A stretch of DNA of 63,896 nucleotides, filler included, from Pirum gemmata (Eukaryota), in assembly GCA_002812295.1 (NCBI GenBank). It is 29 parts of 29 records of this genome, joined end to end, with 100 filler letters (N's around TTAATTAATTAA, not from the genome) between each part and the next. Parts side by side here need not be neighbours in the genome. Positions count along the whole stretch, not along the records: positions 59,942 to 61,890 come from PDIN01009965.1; positions 61,991 to 63,896 come from PDIN01009966.1; 27 more parts are not named here. One strand, given 5' to 3'. Of the stretch, positions 60,841-63,896 are shown in pieces. Position 1 is the stretch's first letter, and each line of letters begins with the position of its first letter. The position numbers were made by a program, and so were the translations under genes. A model generated the notes under the pieces. It saw only the letters and a list, made by a program, of their open reading frames with translations, did no database searches and had not been told where the DNA came from.

Positions 60841-61890
60841 TTAGTTTTTTTCACCATCATATATAATGCAATCGGATCGTTCTTTTGATTCCAAAAGAGC
60901 AGCTTGCGTTGTACTGGTAAATGTTGCTCTTGCATTTACTTGCTCTACACTCTCTTGTGCGTTGAAAGTAGTACCAGTGTTTTTTCTAGATCTCCCCTCC
61001 GTAGTGTAGGTGGCAGATGATGACTTGTTTCTCGTTAATGCACTTCTATATTTTAAGAGTATGGCGTCGATTGTTAAGAACAAAGGAAAAACACTTTTTA
61101 ATATTTGCATAATATTAAAAACTACCTCAAACCAAGGGACGAAATACGAAACAATACAAATTGTGATTAATAATATCGCGGTCAAATCTAACAACAAAAT
61201 AAAGAACAGATTACTTTTCTTTATGATATCTAACATGTCTGATTCACCCATTTTCTGCTTCTTTTGATAACAACAATAAATCATTAAACCAGACATTAGT
61301 AACTCGGCAGAAACATACCATGAATAACTTGGAATCATATCTAGCGGAGTCTTGCCTCTTTTATAGATAAACACGTTAACACCAACGGCCAAGTCACATG
61401 CCAATAAGCCTAAATATAAAACGATAACCAAAACCAGTAATGGGGTATGCCAGCTCCGGGAACAAATGACTTTTATCTTTAAATAATTACAAAACACAAT
61501 AGCAAAATCAGCAGTAGACGTAAACGGAGCTGCAATAATATAAGAAACGTAAACCATAGGATCAACCGGAACGCTTTCCCTTTTTACAATGTCACCAGTG
61601 GTGTGAATAAAAGCCCCTATACAAGCACATACGGCGACTGCTAACAAAGTGTGCCAGTATAAACCACTGGCCATAATAGAGTATACCACAGCAATGATTA
61701 ACAATTGAATTAAATAAACGGAATTATAGGCAAGATTAAAAGACCCAAACATATGCCATAAATAATCCAGAAAAGACAATTCGCTTGTATAATATTCGTT
61801 TTCGAAAGCACCCGATTGACAATCATACCAAAATTCGTTTGCTTCCTTGCAGTAATGCCCCGAAGGACAACAACTCTCGCCACTAAAATC
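60841..61890 (-). CDS. 5'-truncated membrane protein: CBM1-like Cys module + seven predicted TM helices + Ser/Thr-rich cytoplasmic tail
   Basis: The frame stays open for 37 codons upstream of the ORF-track TTG (DFSGESCCPSGHYCKEANEFWYDCQ...); seven hydrophobic segments. Confidence 0.88.
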   Translation of the reverse strand, partial: DFSGESCCPSGHYCKEANEFWYDCQSGAFENEYYTSELSFLDYLWHMFGSFNLAYNSVYLIQLLIIAVVYSIMASGLYWHTLLAVAVCACIGAFIHTTGDIVKRESVPVDPMVYVSYIIAAPFTSTADFAIVFCNYLKIKVICSRSWHTPLLVLVIVLYLGLLACDLAVGVNVFIYKRGKTPLDMIPSYSWYVSAELLMSGLMIYCCYQKKQKMGESDMLDIIKKSNLFFILLLDLTAILLITICIVSYFVPWFEVVFNIMQILKSVFPLFLTIDAILLKYRSALTRNKSSSATYTTEGRSRKNTGTTFNAQESVEQVNARATFTSTTQAALLESKERSDCIIYDGEKN

Positions 61891-62023
61891 NNNNNNNNNN
61901 NNNNNNNNNNNNNNNNNNNNNNNNNNNNNNNNNNTTAATTAATTAANNNNNNNNNNNNNNNNNNNNNNNNNNNNNNNNNNNNNNNNNNNNAAAAAAAAAA
62001 AAAAAAAAAAAAAAAATTAAAAA

Positions 62024-62059
<36 letters not shown>

Positions 62060-62524
62060 AAAAAAAATTGTGCAAAGTCGAAAATTGACTGCAAGTTGGA
62101 AGAACTTAGAACTTAGACAACTTGACTAAAAACAGTTCTAAAAACACAAAACTTGAAACTTTGAAAGGGTCTTTTTTTTAGAAGTCCTTGCTTTATTATA
62201 TTTATATAAATTATCTCTAGCTAGCAGCTCTAGACTCTAGTAGAGTAAGAAAAAAATCTCGAACCGGTAGTCTTGAACTCCTTGTTACAAATAATTATTT
62301 ATCTAACGAAGTAGTCTATATCATAAACCTCTAAAATTTATTTATTTTTTAATAACAGCCATATCGATTTATATACTGATCGCAAGGCTTTAGTAGCTAG
62401 CTACCATTTTTTTACTTTTAATTTTATTGATAATAGTTAGCTTAAAATTTTCGAACTTAGTTAATTAATACATAGGCTCGAAACGAAAGCTCGACTTTTT
62501 GAACAAAGCAGAATTGGGAGAAGC

Positions 62525-62753
62525 CTAGCTCTAGCTAGTAGCTTGCTACTGGTAGATTAGTAGCAAACTAGCTAGGCCTACTAGCTAGCTAGCTAGTAGA
62601 CCTAGCTAGCTAGCTTAGCTGGACTCTACTCTAGCTAGCTACTATATGTATGATAGCTACTCTATCATAGCTATTATATCTGATAGTACTAGTAGTATCA
62701 TAGTAGCTACTACTGTAACTACTAGTTAGTCTACTAGCTAGAGCTAGCTACTA
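62525..62753. repeat. TA-punctuated low-complexity tract (TAGC/TAG/TATCA/TAGAC); similar tracts at 505-628, 1360-1465, 6120-6460, 18450-18710, 19610-19850, 20530-21005, 21430-21760, 22786-22905, 36620-36740, 39745-39910, 63313-63465
   Basis: Direct reading. Confidence 0.9.
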
Positions 62754-63896
62754 TTGTGTTTTTCAATAGTGTTGTCCAGTTCAAAAACTGAAATAAACTT
62801 ACCAAATTATTATTATGGTTAAACTATCGGACATGTTTTGATTAATTTGGTATTTTATATTTAATGTTGCATTTTATAAAACAGTTCAATTATACACTTA
62901 AAAAGTACCAAATTAAAGATTGAGAGGATAATTGTAATGAAATAGACGATAATGTTACAGCTATTTTCTTTAGCTAACAATCTGCAACAAATAATAAAAT
63001 ACCAAAAATAGTATATATAGTACCAAATATGAAAATATTAGTGGCACTACAAAAACTGCGTGCTGTTGCTACTTAGAGTCTTCTATCAGATATTATTATA
63101 ATGACATGGTGTAATATTTAATATTATGATATTTTTTTCTATTATTATTATTTACCATCATATCATATTAAAATCACAGAGGTTCAAGAACCCTAACCCT
63201 AAAGCTTTCAGATTACAATCTAAGCCATTAAAATGGAAATCTTGAAAAAGGATATTTTTTTCAAAAAAAAAGTGTCTTTGCTAAATAAAAACTAGAAAAA
63301 TTACTGAAAGATTCTAGCTAGCTATCAGATAGAGTATTAGTATACTATTAGTATGTATTAGTATCGATAGTGGTAGATAGTAGTAGGCGGTAGTCTAGGA
63401 GGTCTATTACCTTTTCACTGGACTAGGCTAGCTACTCTAGCTAGTAGTAGTCTAGCTAGTCTAAAGGTATTCAGGTCGAATAGAGGCTTCAATAGACTAA
63501 ATATCCAACTAGGTCTATCCAAAATAAAATATATGATAGCTCTTTTCATTTATTTTGTCACTCTGAATATTTATTTGGTTGGTTATAATTTTTTAATTGA
63601 CATTGTTAAATGAATAAATCGATAATAAAATATACCAAATTAAATGAAATGGATTTATATTTTATTAATTTGGTACTCTGTATTATATATTTTATGATGA
63701 AAAAACAACTGAAAAACACGTTCTCATGATATATCGTATCATATAAAATAATATTTTGATTATTACGCACATTATCGCGGTATCCGTGCTTTTCAGTTGT
63801 TTTTGTCATGATAAAATATACAATAAATAATACCAAATTAATACAATATAAATCTATTTCATTTAATTTGGTATATTTTATTATCTATTTATTCAT

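Overview
This is not a contiguous locus. It is a chain of about 30 unrelated ~1.8-2 kb assembly fragments joined by 28 artificial 100-nt linkers (44 N + TTAATTAATTAA + 44 N), so gene neighbourhood across linkers means nothing. The DNA comes from a very AT-rich, intron-containing eukaryote with TTAGGG telomeric repeats. It is probably a zoosporic/early-diverging fungus, an inference from the six-cysteine CBM1 modules, the DAGL-type N-terminus and the weak splice donors. Recognisable gene pieces: exons of stomatin-like protein 2, LDAH-type hydrolase, diacylglycerol lipase and the PP2A A subunit; a three-exon secreted multicopper oxidase; a secreted beta/gamma-crystallin+CBM1 protein; a CBM1-like module fused in frame to a 7-TM protein; and several orphan proteins. 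Mobile DNA: a dead Ty3/gypsy pol in a terminally redundant fragment with a large inverted repeat, two L1/Tx1-like 3' ends sharing a stem-loop, a tyrosine-recombinase (DIRS/Ngaro-like) end, and at least seven MITE families. The most interesting signals are (1) the CBM1-7TM candidate polysaccharide receptor, (2) 'CTAG-rich' tracts that parse as stacked TA-(1-5 nt)-TA transposon excision footprints, and (3) ubiquitous interstitial telomeric arrays, some apparently seeded on broken MITEs. All family calls are by eye from motifs; no searches were run.
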